Shown here in pieces: positions 9,984 through 18,242 of a stretch of DNA of 54,421 bases; the stretch's first letter is position 1, and each line of letters opens with the position of its first letter. The notes under the pieces are model-generated. The model was not told the origin of the DNA, did not search any database, and was given only the letters and a program-made list of their open reading frames with translations. The stretch comes from an uncultured Candidatus Cloacimonadota bacterium. Lineage in GTDB: Bacteria > Cloacimonadota > Cloacimonadia > Cloacimonadales > TCS61. Position numbers and translations under genes: made by a program. The stretch is taken from positions 1 through 54,421 of the forward strand of contig CAZOCS010000003.1 in NCBI GenBank assembly GCA_964578365.1. The letters are read 5' to 3'.

Positions 9984-12125
9984 ATGAAATCAGTGAAAAA
10001 GTTCGATGCCAAACCCAAATTGGACGGATCATGGAAATTTATAGATGATTATACTTATGATGGAATTTTGCACGGACAGCTACTTTATTCCACATGCCAT
10101 CATGGATATATAAAAAAAATAAATTTCCCGAAAAATTATGATCTCTCCGAATTTACTATGGTTTCACCTAAAGATATCCCTGGAGATAATATTGTTCCCG
10201 AACCTGTTTGTGATCAACCATTTATGGTAGATAAGGAGGTTATGCATTACGGTCAAGTGATCATGGGGATTGCACATGCTGACCGGAAACTACTCTTAAA
10301 ATTTATTAAAGAAACAAAAATTGAATATGATGAACTTCCTGCTATAACCGGAATTAAAGAGTGTTTGGATAATGAGGATAATCATTTTGGAAAGGAAACA
10401 ACTATAGATCATAGATTGAACAATGAACCAGATACAGGATGGACACATCATCATAATGTTTATTATACTCCGCACCAGGAACAAGCTTATTTAGAACCTC
10501 AGGGAGTCATTTCTGTATATGACACTAAAGCTAATAAGATGTTCGTCCGTATAACTGCTCAATGCCCTTTTTTTGTAAAACATGGTGTAGAAGCAATGAT
10601 GGGTAATACAGTTGATGAAGTGATCGTAGAAACATCTGAAGGTATTGGTGGTGCATTTGGCGGAAAAGAAGATTTCCCAAGTCTATTTGCCGGGATCAGT
10701 TCTTTGCTTTCTTATAAAAGCGGGAAACCTGTTAAGATCATTTTAGAAAGAACTGATGATATTCAGATAACTACAAAGCGTCATCCTGCAAGGGTAGAAT
10801 TGGATACATGGACAGACCCAACAACGAAAAAAATTAAGCGATGCAGAATAGATTACCGGCTTGATACAGGTGCATATCAAACATTATCACCTGTAGTTTT
10901 GGCTCGCGGAGTTTTGCATTCTATTGGTGGATATCACGTTCCTGATACTTTTATTCGTGGCAGAATGTTCAGAAGCAATACACCTTCTAATGGTGCTTTC
11001 AGAGGTTTTGGTGCACCACAGGCATTTGCGGCTATGGAAGCCCATGTAGATAGAATTGCATCTGATATGAACATTGATCCTTATGAATTTAGAAAGATAA
11101 ACCTTTTTAGGATAGGTGACGAATTCCCTACAACCCAAAAAGTTGTTGAAGAAAATCTCTCTGATTGTCTGGAACGAGTTATTCAAAAATCGGATTATAA
11201 CAGAAAAGTTAAAGAATTTGATAAATGGAATAAAACACATAAAGATAAAAAAGGCATAGGAATTGCAGTCGGTTATCACGGAGGTGGTTATACCGGAAAT
11301 GGAGAAAAAATTCTCGATTCGGAAGTAAAAGTAACCATAGATAAAGATGCACAAGTAAAAATATTCGTAGCCAATACCGACATGGGACAAGGTGCACACA
11401 CAACTCTGGCTCAGATGTTCTTCGAAGCTATCGGGCATCCTCGCGAAAAATGCTGGGTGCAGCTTCCCAATACCAGCAAAACTCCAAACAGTGGACCAAC
11501 AGTAGCTTCCCGAACCATTTATATTATTGGGAATCTCTTAAGGAAATTTGCCTTCCAACTAAAAGATGAGCTTGGATTTGAAAATCTGGAGGATTACGTA
11601 AAAACACATCAGAAAGAATTCCCACAGGAATTCCGCAAAAATTTTGTTCCTGATCCATCTGTCATTTTTGATGAAGATACAAATGTGGGGATCGCCTACA
11701 AAGATTACTCATGGGCTGCTTGTGCAACTGAGATATTGTTCCATGCAGATACATATAAAATTGAATTAAAGAAAAGCTGGAATGTGTTAGATGTTGGAAA
11801 AGTGGTTAACGAGAAGATCGCAATGGGACAAGCTGAGGGTGGAATATTGCAGGGATTAGCTTATGGTTCCAGTGAATTTTTCTATAAGCCGGGATTTGGA
11901 AGAATGCATGGATTTACTGACTATGCACTTCCAACAACTTTGGATCTTCCTGAAATGGATATTGAATTCATACATACTGACAGTGAAATTGCTAAAGGAT
12001 TAGGTGAGATACCAATGGACTTTCCAGCTCCTTCTGTGAGAAATGCATTCCATAATGCTACCGGAATTTTTATTGATGAATATCCGCTCATCCCGGAAAG
12101 ATTGCTTAAAGCTATGAAAAAGTAG
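9984..12125 (+). CDS. Xanthine dehydrogenase family molybdopterin-binding subunit
   Basis: QEQAYLEPQG, GGAFGGKE, AFRGFGAPQ, DMGQG, PTVASR and KGLGE motifs. Confidence 0.9.
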   Translation: MKSVKKFDAKPKLDGSWKFIDDYTYDGILHGQLLYSTCHHGYIKKINFPKNYDLSEFTMVSPKDIPGDNIVPEPVCDQPFMVDKEVMHYGQVIMGIAHADRKLLLKFIKETKIEYDELPAITGIKECLDNEDNHFGKETTIDHRLNNEPDTGWTHHHNVYYTPHQEQAYLEPQGVISVYDTKANKMFVRITAQCPFFVKHGVEAMMGNTVDEVIVETSEGIGGAFGGKEDFPSLFAGISSLLSYKSGKPVKIILERTDDIQITTKRHPARVELDTWTDPTTKKIKRCRIDYRLDTGAYQTLSPVVLARGVLHSIGGYHVPDTFIRGRMFRSNTPSNGAFRGFGAPQAFAAMEAHVDRIASDMNIDPYEFRKINLFRIGDEFPTTQKVVEENLSDCLERVIQKSDYNRKVKEFDKWNKTHKDKKGIGIAVGYHGGGYTGNGEKILDSEVKVTIDKDAQVKIFVANTDMGQGAHTTLAQMFFEAIGHPREKCWVQLPNTSKTPNSGPTVASRTIYIIGNLLRKFAFQLKDELGFENLEDYVKTHQKEFPQEFRKNFVPDPSVIFDEDTNVGIAYKDYSWAACATEILFHADTYKIELKKSWNVLDVGKVVNEKIAMGQAEGGILQGLAYGSSEFFYKPGFGRMHGFTDYALPTTLDLPEMDIEFIHTDSEIAKGLGEIPMDFPAPSVRNAFHNATGIFIDEYPLIPERLLKAMKK

Positions 12126-12185
12126 CCACAAAGACACAAAGACACAATGAAAAGTAAGAGACTTAGTTTCTTAGAACATGGTGGC
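12125..12185. repeat. Short intergenic element: 9-bp periodic repeat with degenerate inverted arm
   Basis: GCCACAAAGACACAAAGACACAATG ... CTTAGTTTCTTAGAACATGGTGGC; GCCAC and GTGGC form inverted termini. Confidence 0.55.
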
Positions 12186-12202
12186 AAAATGGAGGAAAAT
12201 AA

Positions 12203-12664
12203 ATGAAATTATCATTCACTTTAAATAAGCAAAATGTTACAATTGATGTAGATCCGATGAAGCGCTTATTGGATATTTTGCGTGAGGATTTTAATCTTCT
12301 TGGTGCAAAGGAAGCATGTGGTGAAGGTGAATGCGGAGCTTGTACTGTCCTCTTAGATGGTAAACCCGTAACAAGCTGTATTCTGAATGCGATACATGCT
12401 GAGGGTAAAGAGATCGAAACAGTTGAGGGTATTTCTAAAACTGAACTCGGTAAACTCATTATAGATTGTTATGATGAAACGAATGCAGTACAATGTGGAT
12501 TTTGTTTCCCCGGTTTTTTTGTGAGTTCTTATCATTATGTAAAAACTGATGGAGAAAAAGATCTTACTAAGATAAAAAAGGCTCTTTCCGGAAATATTTG
12601 CAGATGTACCGGATATAAGAAAATATTTGAATCTGTAATATTAGCTTGTGAAAGATCAAATTAG
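12203..12664 (+). CDS. Xanthine dehydrogenase family [2Fe-2S] small subunit (CoxS/XdhC-like)
   Basis: ACGEGECGAC, QCGFC and GNICRCTGY motifs; GGAGG RBS. Confidence 0.92.
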   Translation: MKLSFTLNKQNVTIDVDPMKRLLDILREDFNLLGAKEACGEGECGACTVLLDGKPVTSCILNAIHAEGKEIETVEGISKTELGKLIIDCYDETNAVQCGFCFPGFFVSSYHYVKTDGEKDLTKIKKALSGNICRCTGYKKIFESVILACERSN

Positions 12665-12723
12665 AATTTTCTTGGGAATGAAAATTGCAACATTGTTAAT
12701 TAATATGATTGAAGGAAATTATC

Positions 12724-13557
12724 ATGAAATTTATTAAGCCAAAAGATATTAATAATCTTTATGAAACATTAGATAATATGGAAAGCCAGTATTTACTTGC
12801 TGGTGGAACAGATATAAATGTTCAGATAAGCAATGGAACTATTCGCGATCCAAATATCGTTTATATAAGTCATCTGAAAGAACTATCGGGTATTAAGGAA
12901 GAAAAAGATATGATCTCTATTGGTGCTACAACCAGCTTTAAGAGTATTATTGAATCAAAGATAATTAAGAGACATCTTCCTCTTGTTCATAGCTCTCTGC
13001 AAAATTTTGCTTCCCCTCTCATTCAAACTTCTGCCACAATTGGCGGCAATATTGCCAATGGATCTCCAACTGCTGATGTAATTCCAATATTATTAGCTCT
13101 TGATGCTAAACTGAAGATCTGTTCAAAATCTTCTACTCGCAAAGTATATCTAAAAGATTTTTTTACAGCTTATAAAAAAAATGTGATGAAGAATAATGAA
13201 TTAATTACCAAGATCCTTATTTCTAAAGATGCTGAGTATAGATATCAGACTTTCTATGAAAAGGTTGGATCACGAAATTCCCTGGCAATTGCAAAAGTGG
13301 CTGTTGCCGGCATAAAAAAAGTAGCAAAAGAAAAGATAATAGATATTAAACTTGCTGTTGGAAGTTTGAATGAATATCCTCGCAGATTATTCAAAGTAGA
13401 AGAATATGTTCTTGGGAAAACTTTGTTAGAGATCGATTTTAATAAAGTGGATGAATACTTGCAGCAGGAGATCACACCGATATCCGATCTGCGTTCCGAT
13501 AAAGAATATAGATATCATGTTTGCGTTAATCTGATCCGAACTTTTTTGAATGAATAA
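12724..13557 (+). CDS. Xanthine dehydrogenase family FAD-binding subunit (CoxM/XdhB-like)
   Basis: LAGGTD, ATIGGNIANGSPTAD and PISDLRS..EYR motifs; ATG at 12724 preferred over TTG at 12709 because of the AAGGA RBS. Confidence 0.88.
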   Translation: MKFIKPKDINNLYETLDNMESQYLLAGGTDINVQISNGTIRDPNIVYISHLKELSGIKEEKDMISIGATTSFKSIIESKIIKRHLPLVHSSLQNFASPLIQTSATIGGNIANGSPTADVIPILLALDAKLKICSKSSTRKVYLKDFFTAYKKNVMKNNELITKILISKDAEYRYQTFYEKVGSRNSLAIAKVAVAGIKKVAKEKIIDIKLAVGSLNEYPRRLFKVEEYVLGKTLLEIDFNKVDEYLQQEITPISDLRSDKEYRYHVCVNLIRTFLNE

Positions 13558-13631
13558 GAGAATAATTACTTTTCAATTTTGTAGAATCGAAACTATCTTA
13601 ATAATCAAGAATAAAAATAAAGGTGAAAAAA

Positions 13632-13838
13632 ATGGCAAGAAATAACTATTCGTATGAAAAACGTCAGAAAGAATTAGCTAGAAAGAAAAAGAAAGAAGAG
13701 AAACGCCTGAAGAAATTAAATAGAGCTTTAGGTAATGAAGAAAAAAAATCAGAAGATATTGGTGAAGATATTGGTAAAGATATTGGTAAAGATATTGGTG
13801 AAGATATAGAAAAAACTGATCCTGAAACAACAGATTGA
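13632..13838 (+). CDS. Small basic/acidic hypothetical protein
   Basis: AAGGTG RBS; MARNNYSYEKRQKELARKKKKEEK basic N-terminus; acidic tail with (E/K)DIG repeats. Confidence 0.7.
   Translation: MARNNYSYEKRQKELARKKKKEEKRLKKLNRALGNEEKKSEDIGEDIGKDIGKDIGEDIEKTDPETTD
13752..13808 (+). repeat. 12-bp coding tandem repeat (G/A)AAGATATTGGT, about 4.7 copies
   Basis: Read directly; encodes EDIG-EDIG-KDIG-KDIG-EDI. Confidence 0.9.
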
Positions 13839-13892
13839 TAAAAACAACACTGATATTTTTTTAAATTAAAATCTCTTAAAGCAGCACTCTTT

Positions 13893-14008
13893 TTTTCGTC
13901 TCACCTTTTTGTCTCTTTCCAGCTCCTCTTTTACCGTAATAGAGAGCATGAGAAAACATTTAAAAATCTAAAACTGTTATCTTCTTCTCCCTGCTTTTCT
14001 TCCATCAC
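13893..14008. repeat. Degenerate dispersed repeat, copy A (about 115 bp)
   Basis: Aligns by eye with 14924-15036: CTCACC..TGTC.CT.TCC.GCTCCT...AG.GA.CAT.AGAAA.C.T..AA.AAT.TAAAA...TTCTTCTCC.TGCTTTTCT...ATCA. Confidence 0.65.
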
Positions 14009-14085
14009 CCCTAATCCCTAATTCCTAATCCTTCATTCCTAATCCTTCACTCCTAACCCCTAATCCTTAATTTCTAATCCCAAAC
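14009..14085. repeat. 7-bp tandem repeat array, consensus YCCTAAT, about 11 degenerate units
   Basis: ccctaat ccctaat tcctaat ccttcat tcctaat ccttcac tcctaac ccctaat ccttaat ttctaat cccaaac. Confidence 0.85.
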
Positions 14086-14095
14086 CCTTCTCCTC

Positions 14096-14132
14096 CGTTC
14101 ATATTCGAACACAATTTGTACATAATCGAACA
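14096..14132 (+). promoter_or_regulatory. Tandem upstream activator (bEBP enhancer-like) sites
   Basis: CGTTCATATTCGAACA (14096-14111) and TGTACATAATCGAACA (14117-14132); (T/C)GT-N10-ACA dyads 21 bp apart, upstream of a sigma-54 box. Confidence 0.6.
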
Positions 14133-14187
14133 TAAGAGTTTTACGTTTTCATTCCGTATCTCTTTACTATTTACTGGCTTACGCGTT

Positions 14188-14203
14188 TGGCACGCTGATT
14201 GCA
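14188..14203 (+). promoter_or_regulatory. Sigma-54 (RpoN) -24/-12 promoter
   Basis: TGGCACG-CTGA-TTGCA matches the TGGCACG-N4-TTGCW consensus exactly. Confidence 0.8.
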
Positions 14204-14237
14204 ATAGTATACAGTAGAAATAGCATGGAGGTAAAAG

Positions 14238-14306
14238 ATGAAAACGAAAAATTTAATTAATAAGTGGAAAGAAGAAAAAAAATTAAAAACGTATTTGAGA
14301 TCATAG
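14238..14306 (+). CDS. Putative 22-aa small ORF MKTKNLINKWKEEKKLKTYLRS (below the ORF-track cutoff)
   Basis: GGAGGT Shine-Dalgarno 5 nt before the ATG; first ORF after the sigma-54 promoter. Confidence 0.45.
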   Translation: MKTKNLINKWKEEKKLKTYLRS

Positions 14307-14352
14307 CTCATGGATATGATATTAATAGCACAAGCCTAAAATGGAGGAGAAA

Positions 14353-14853
14353 ATGAGAGTTATAATTGTTGTAATAGTTGTCTTGATAAGCATAAATCTA
14401 ACAGCATTAGCACAAGTTCGGCCAGTACATTCCAATACCAATCTTAGAGAAAATAATCCTAATAGGATCTCTGTGATGGAGAAAACCGAACCTTTTACAA
14501 AAGTCATTAGAACTAATTATGAAATTAAACCAGGCGAGAAATTGAATATATCTAATCTAAACGGATCTATCAGATTTGTAGGTTGGAGCAAAGACTATGT
14601 AAAGATCACAGCAATCAAAAAAACTTTTATAAATTCTAATGATTTAAGTAAGATCCACATGGTTGTAAGTACTCTTAATGGATTAAATATTAAAACTGTA
14701 AATATCTCGAATGATATGCGAGCTGGAATTGATTATATCATCAATATCCCAAAAAATATTTCAATTGGAGATATTACTACTCAAGGAGATGTTAAATTTA
14801 AGAATCTTACGGATAATGTCATTAATAATATCCGGAGATTATCAAATAGATGA
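14353..14853 (+). CDS. Secreted hypothetical protein, DUF4097/adhesin beta-repeat-like
   Basis: Signal peptide MRVIIVVIVVLISINLTALA; L.I.N.NG.I...GW....V...A.K and ID Y.I..P pattern; GGAGGA RBS before ATG 14353. Confidence 0.6.
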   Translation: MRVIIVVIVVLISINLTALAQVRPVHSNTNLRENNPNRISVMEKTEPFTKVIRTNYEIKPGEKLNISNLNGSIRFVGWSKDYVKITAIKKTFINSNDLSKIHMVVSTLNGLNIKTVNISNDMRAGIDYIINIPKNISIGDITTQGDVKFKNLTDNVINNIRRLSNR

Positions 14854-14923
14854 ATTGCACAATATTCCTCCCAGTGCAAAAAGTGATCACTTTGGATACA
14901 TTGTATTTGAAGGGGTCACTTTA

Positions 14924-15070
14924 TTTTTGCCTCACCCTGCTGTCCCTCTCCCGCTCCTGTATCTCCTGAGAGGGAACATTAGAAACCGTGAAAGAATATA
15001 AAATTATTTTTCTTCTCCTTGCTTTTCTCTGATCATTTCCCATTTCTAATTTCACATTTCAAATTCCCAT
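14924..15070. repeat. Degenerate dispersed repeat, copy B, followed by a short 7-bp periodic tail
   Basis: Similar to 13893-14008; tail ttcccat ttctaat ttcacat ttcaaat tcccat. Confidence 0.6.
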
Positions 15071-15162
15071 TGGATCACTAAACTTTTTTATTATTGACAG
15101 TTGGACTTTAAATTTACAGTTTCAGATTATAAGGTATGATGTACTAGAATAGGGGAAGTAAA

Positions 15163-15573
15163 ATGGGAAAAAGAAATATGAATAAAATTATCAGCTTCAA
15201 ACTAGCTGGGAAGATAACAATAGCAATAATCATGTTATTGATCATCTTCCACATACTTTTATTGTTGGGTGTTGTACCTTCTGATATTGTCTGGGGTGGT
15301 AAAGTCACAGATGAAGAAACTATAATAAAACTTGAGATATTTAGTCTGGTAACTTCTTTTATGTTTTTAGGAGTAATTCTGTTAAAGATAAATCAAGATA
15401 AATTACCAAAATTCAAAAATACTATCAACTATGCAGTAATTGTTATTTGTGCATATTTTGTTTTTAATATTGTTGGTAATTTAGCTTCCGAAGTAACTCT
15501 GGAGAAACTAATTTTCACACCAATAACAGTAATTTTATCACTTTTACTTTTCATGTTGGCAATAGAAAAGTAA
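15163..15573 (+). CDS. Hypothetical membrane protein (about 4 TM)
   Basis: Hydrophobic segments; P..IVWGG, GNL and EK motifs; GGGGA RBS. Confidence 0.7.
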   Translation: MGKRNMNKIISFKLAGKITIAIIMLLIIFHILLLLGVVPSDIVWGGKVTDEETIIKLEIFSLVTSFMFLGVILLKINQDKLPKFKNTINYAVIVICAYFVFNIVGNLASEVTLEKLIFTPITVILSLLLFMLAIEK

Positions 15574-15586
15574 GCATCTTCCAATG

Positions 15587-15619
15587 AACCCCTCTAAATC
15601 TCCCCTTTCAAGGGGAGCT
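15587..15619. repeat. Palindromic element or bidirectional terminator between convergent genes
   Basis: ACCCCTCTAAAT-CTCCCCTT-TC-AAGGGGAG hairpin. Confidence 0.5.
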
Positions 15620-15652
15620 AAGCGGAATTGAAAATTTGTAATTAAATTATTA

Positions 15653-16438
15653 CTATTCCTTCGGACTGTATTGTCTTTTAAGCCACTGGCTCAAGCCGTC
15701 TAATCCAGGAAATAAAACACGTTCCGTAATATTTGCTTGATCCAGTTTATCACGGATCTCCCATTTTAATTCTTTTGGAATAATTATCTTCATCCAGATC
15801 TTGGGAAATTTTTGCAGCCATTCATCCATTGCTGACTGCGGATTAGAGGAGATCGAAAAGAAGGCAAATTGATTTATAAATCTGTCATCGATGGAAGGAG
15901 GTTCGATGAACAGTGTAAAATCTTTAGATGAAAGATTCGTGAGATCCTCCAGAGAATTCACGTGGTCAATAAGCACATTTCCGGTGAAAACATTTGCTCC
16001 TTCATCTTTAAGTTCTTTACACAGTATTTCCGGAACATTCCTATTAACTTCAATATAATCAACCGCCCAGATAGCACCGTCAACATCAAATTTCTCAATA
16101 TTTTCAGTAGCAAAATGCATTGCTACATAGGGTGAATATGTCCAGTCCATAAGTCGTGTTGGAAGCCCGTGATGTTGAGCAACAGAGAGCCAGTGCCACA
16201 TCGAATCTCGTTCCACAACATTTTGGTGAGCATATTTACTAAAATTTCTCAGCAGATGATTTTCCAGTTGTGCATAGTCTCCACCCAATCGCATGAGAGT
16301 AGTTTCTAATTTATACTCACTATCGGATAATCCTCTGAAAGCAAACTTAGATCTGTATCTTCCAATACGCGGGTTCCAGGAATTCTCAAACAATTTTTCC
16401 TGCAGGTCGTTCCAACTTTTAACCATATATTCATTCAT
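15653..16438 (-). CDS. FRG domain-containing protein
   Basis: FRG motif, AQHHGLPTRLMDWT.SP.VA.HFA, R...Q...F and LFPGLDG motifs. Confidence 0.92.
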   Translation of the reverse strand: MNEYMVKSWNDLQEKLFENSWNPRIGRYRSKFAFRGLSDSEYKLETTLMRLGGDYAQLENHLLRNFSKYAHQNVVERDSMWHWLSVAQHHGLPTRLMDWTYSPYVAMHFATENIEKFDVDGAIWAVDYIEVNRNVPEILCKELKDEGANVFTGNVLIDHVNSLEDLTNLSSKDFTLFIEPPSIDDRFINQFAFFSISSNPQSAMDEWLQKFPKIWMKIIIPKELKWEIRDKLDQANITERVLFPGLDGLSQWLKRQYSPKE

Positions 16439-16439
16439 G

Positions 16440-17159
16440 TTAAAAATCGAATCCTGTTCCTAATGCAAAGATTGGAGCCATTCCAAAATTACCATATTTT
16501 TGAGATGCCATTTCTACACCTACTTCCGGTCTAATATATAATGGCCCTAGTTCGAGTGATAATCCACCAACAAGCCCAAATCTATTCAGCATAAATGCTT
16601 CGTCAATATCGGCTTCTGCAATAGAGATAAAATCTGCACTATATCTTGCCATTCCGGTTACTGCCAGGGCATCTCCAACTCTATAGGTTACCAGAAATGG
16701 AACCTCAAAACCATATGAATTTATTTCTGCTATATCTAGGCTGTTTTCTCCTTCCTCATCGTCAGATTCTGTAGTAACAAAGTTTAGTCCCGGCATTATA
16801 GCAAGCGATGCTTTTTCACTATCGTATGGAAGACGATGTTTCAAATATATTTTGGAACCAACTCCACCGAAGGATATCCAGACTTTGCCGTTAATATCCA
16901 TTTTATCGGTTAGTCCAACACCGGCCTTCATACCGTAAATGGGTAAAGAAAGCAAGCCGGTAGCATCAAAGTTAGTTTCATTGTCCACACTTGTTATCAG
17001 CATTGTGGAAGTCAGATCTAATCCATAACCATACTCAACTCCAAATTTTGGATGTCCCGGTTTAACAGTTTCTGCAGTTTCCATCATTGATGTGTTCATC
17101 ACGGCGCAACCGGATAAGAACATCAAAAGTACAACCAAATATAAACCTATCTTTTTCAT
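16440..17159 (-). CDS. Hypothetical lipoprotein / outer-membrane beta-barrel-like protein
   Basis: Lipobox LSGC; alternating beta-strand pattern; terminal aromatic GFDF. Confidence 0.6.
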   Translation of the reverse strand: MKKIGLYLVVLLMFLSGCAVMNTSMMETAETVKPGHPKFGVEYGYGLDLTSTMLITSVDNETNFDATGLLSLPIYGMKAGVGLTDKMDINGKVWISFGGVGSKIYLKHRLPYDSEKASLAIMPGLNFVTTESDDEEGENSLDIAEINSYGFEVPFLVTYRVGDALAVTGMARYSADFISIAEADIDEAFMLNRFGLVGGLSLELGPLYIRPEVGVEMASQKYGNFGMAPIFALGTGFDF

Positions 17160-17174
17160 AATACTCTCCTTATT

Positions 17175-17939
17175 TTATTCATCACCTATCTTTATATGCT
17201 TAATAAAATTTGCTGCAGAATTCTGTTCAAACCTGAGTCTGTTCCTCGGGTCAAATGATCTGTTCTCGCCATCACGCAACTCCAAATGCAGATGAGAAGG
17301 TTTGCCGCTGTTACGAATATTTCCGGTAAGTCCTGTAAGGCCAACAACAGTATTTCTATCTACCGCCTGATTAAGTTCTACAAACACTTCGTTCAAATGT
17401 GTATAAATACTTTCAATTCCTTCCGGATATAAAATTCTGATAGTTTTACCATATTCTATTTTCATCGAATCGATAATTCCACCCGGTTTTTCATATTGAA
17501 CTTGAACCAGATAATGCGGATTATCGCTAACTTCGGTAACTATACCAAAATTTGTAAGTGGATAAACCGGAGTATTTTCCGGAACGAAAAGATCGATACC
17601 TTCATGAATTCTTTTGCGTTCACGAGTTCCTCGCCCACTACCGTAATGATCTGACCAGCGATTTCTGATATACTCTTTTATTAATTCATTAAAATCCATC
17701 CCATCTTTAAAGGGTGAGCTATAATGATAGAATTTATCTATAAAATTTGCTGTGAAAACAACAACCGGTTCCTTAAATGAAGAGGCATTTACTGCAACCA
17801 TCGAATCCGCTTCACAAGTGAGGATAGTAATATTATCCATCCTTTTTTCTAAGTATTTAATATAGAAGAAATCGCTAACTACGATTATGAGTAAAATTAT
17901 AATAATAATCGCTCTGATGACCGATGCACTAATTTTCAT
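17175..17939 (-). CDS. M23 family metallopeptidase, membrane anchored
   Basis: HEGID (HxxxD), YTHL, TG...HLHLELR and DP motifs; N-terminal TM segment. Confidence 0.88.
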   Translation of the reverse strand: MKISASVIRAIIIIILLIIVVSDFFYIKYLEKRMDNITILTCEADSMVAVNASSFKEPVVVFTANFIDKFYHYSSPFKDGMDFNELIKEYIRNRWSDHYGSGRGTRERKRIHEGIDLFVPENTPVYPLTNFGIVTEVSDNPHYLVQVQYEKPGGIIDSMKIEYGKTIRILYPEGIESIYTHLNEVFVELNQAVDRNTVVGLTGLTGNIRNSGKPSHLHLELRDGENRSFDPRNRLRFEQNSAANFIKHIKIGDE

Positions 17940-18169
17940 AAAACCTCTTTTAACATTTTTTTCATCCTCACTATAAGGAGTCCATATCTTTTACTATATT
18001 TCGTCACATTTCCCAGATCGGAACTATTAAACTAACAAAAAAAAAATTCTTTTGTGCTTATCTAATTTTCAACTTTATTATTTAAAGTTATTTGGCAATA
18101 TTTTTCTATAAAAGAACATCAGAAATAGTGACATTAAAGTAGTTTAGTGCTATTAATTTCAATGTATAC

Positions 18170-18199
18170 TTGACAGTAAAACCGTTGGTAAAATATTTT
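18170..18199 (+). promoter_or_regulatory. Possible sigma-70 promoter of rplM
   Basis: TTGACA (18170-18175), 18-nt spacer, TATTTT. Confidence 0.4.
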
Positions 18200-18242
18200 G
18201 TTCGTCCGATCATCAAATAGTATAGAAAAATAAGGAGATAGA

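Noticed and set aside
14009-14085. Possible CRISPR array or telomere
   Set aside because: Units are contiguous 7-mers without unique spacers, no cas genes are present, and the tract is internal to the sequence.
14851-14886. Other TGA-ending ORFs as read-through candidates (13838, 14853, 32269, 44363, 49822 checked)
   Set aside because: Each hits another in-frame stop within 1-11 codons and shows no continuing domain.
14711-15001. 96-aa alternative-frame ORF
   Set aside because: Overlaps the 14353..14853 gene in another frame and runs into the non-coding repeat copy B; no recognisable motif.
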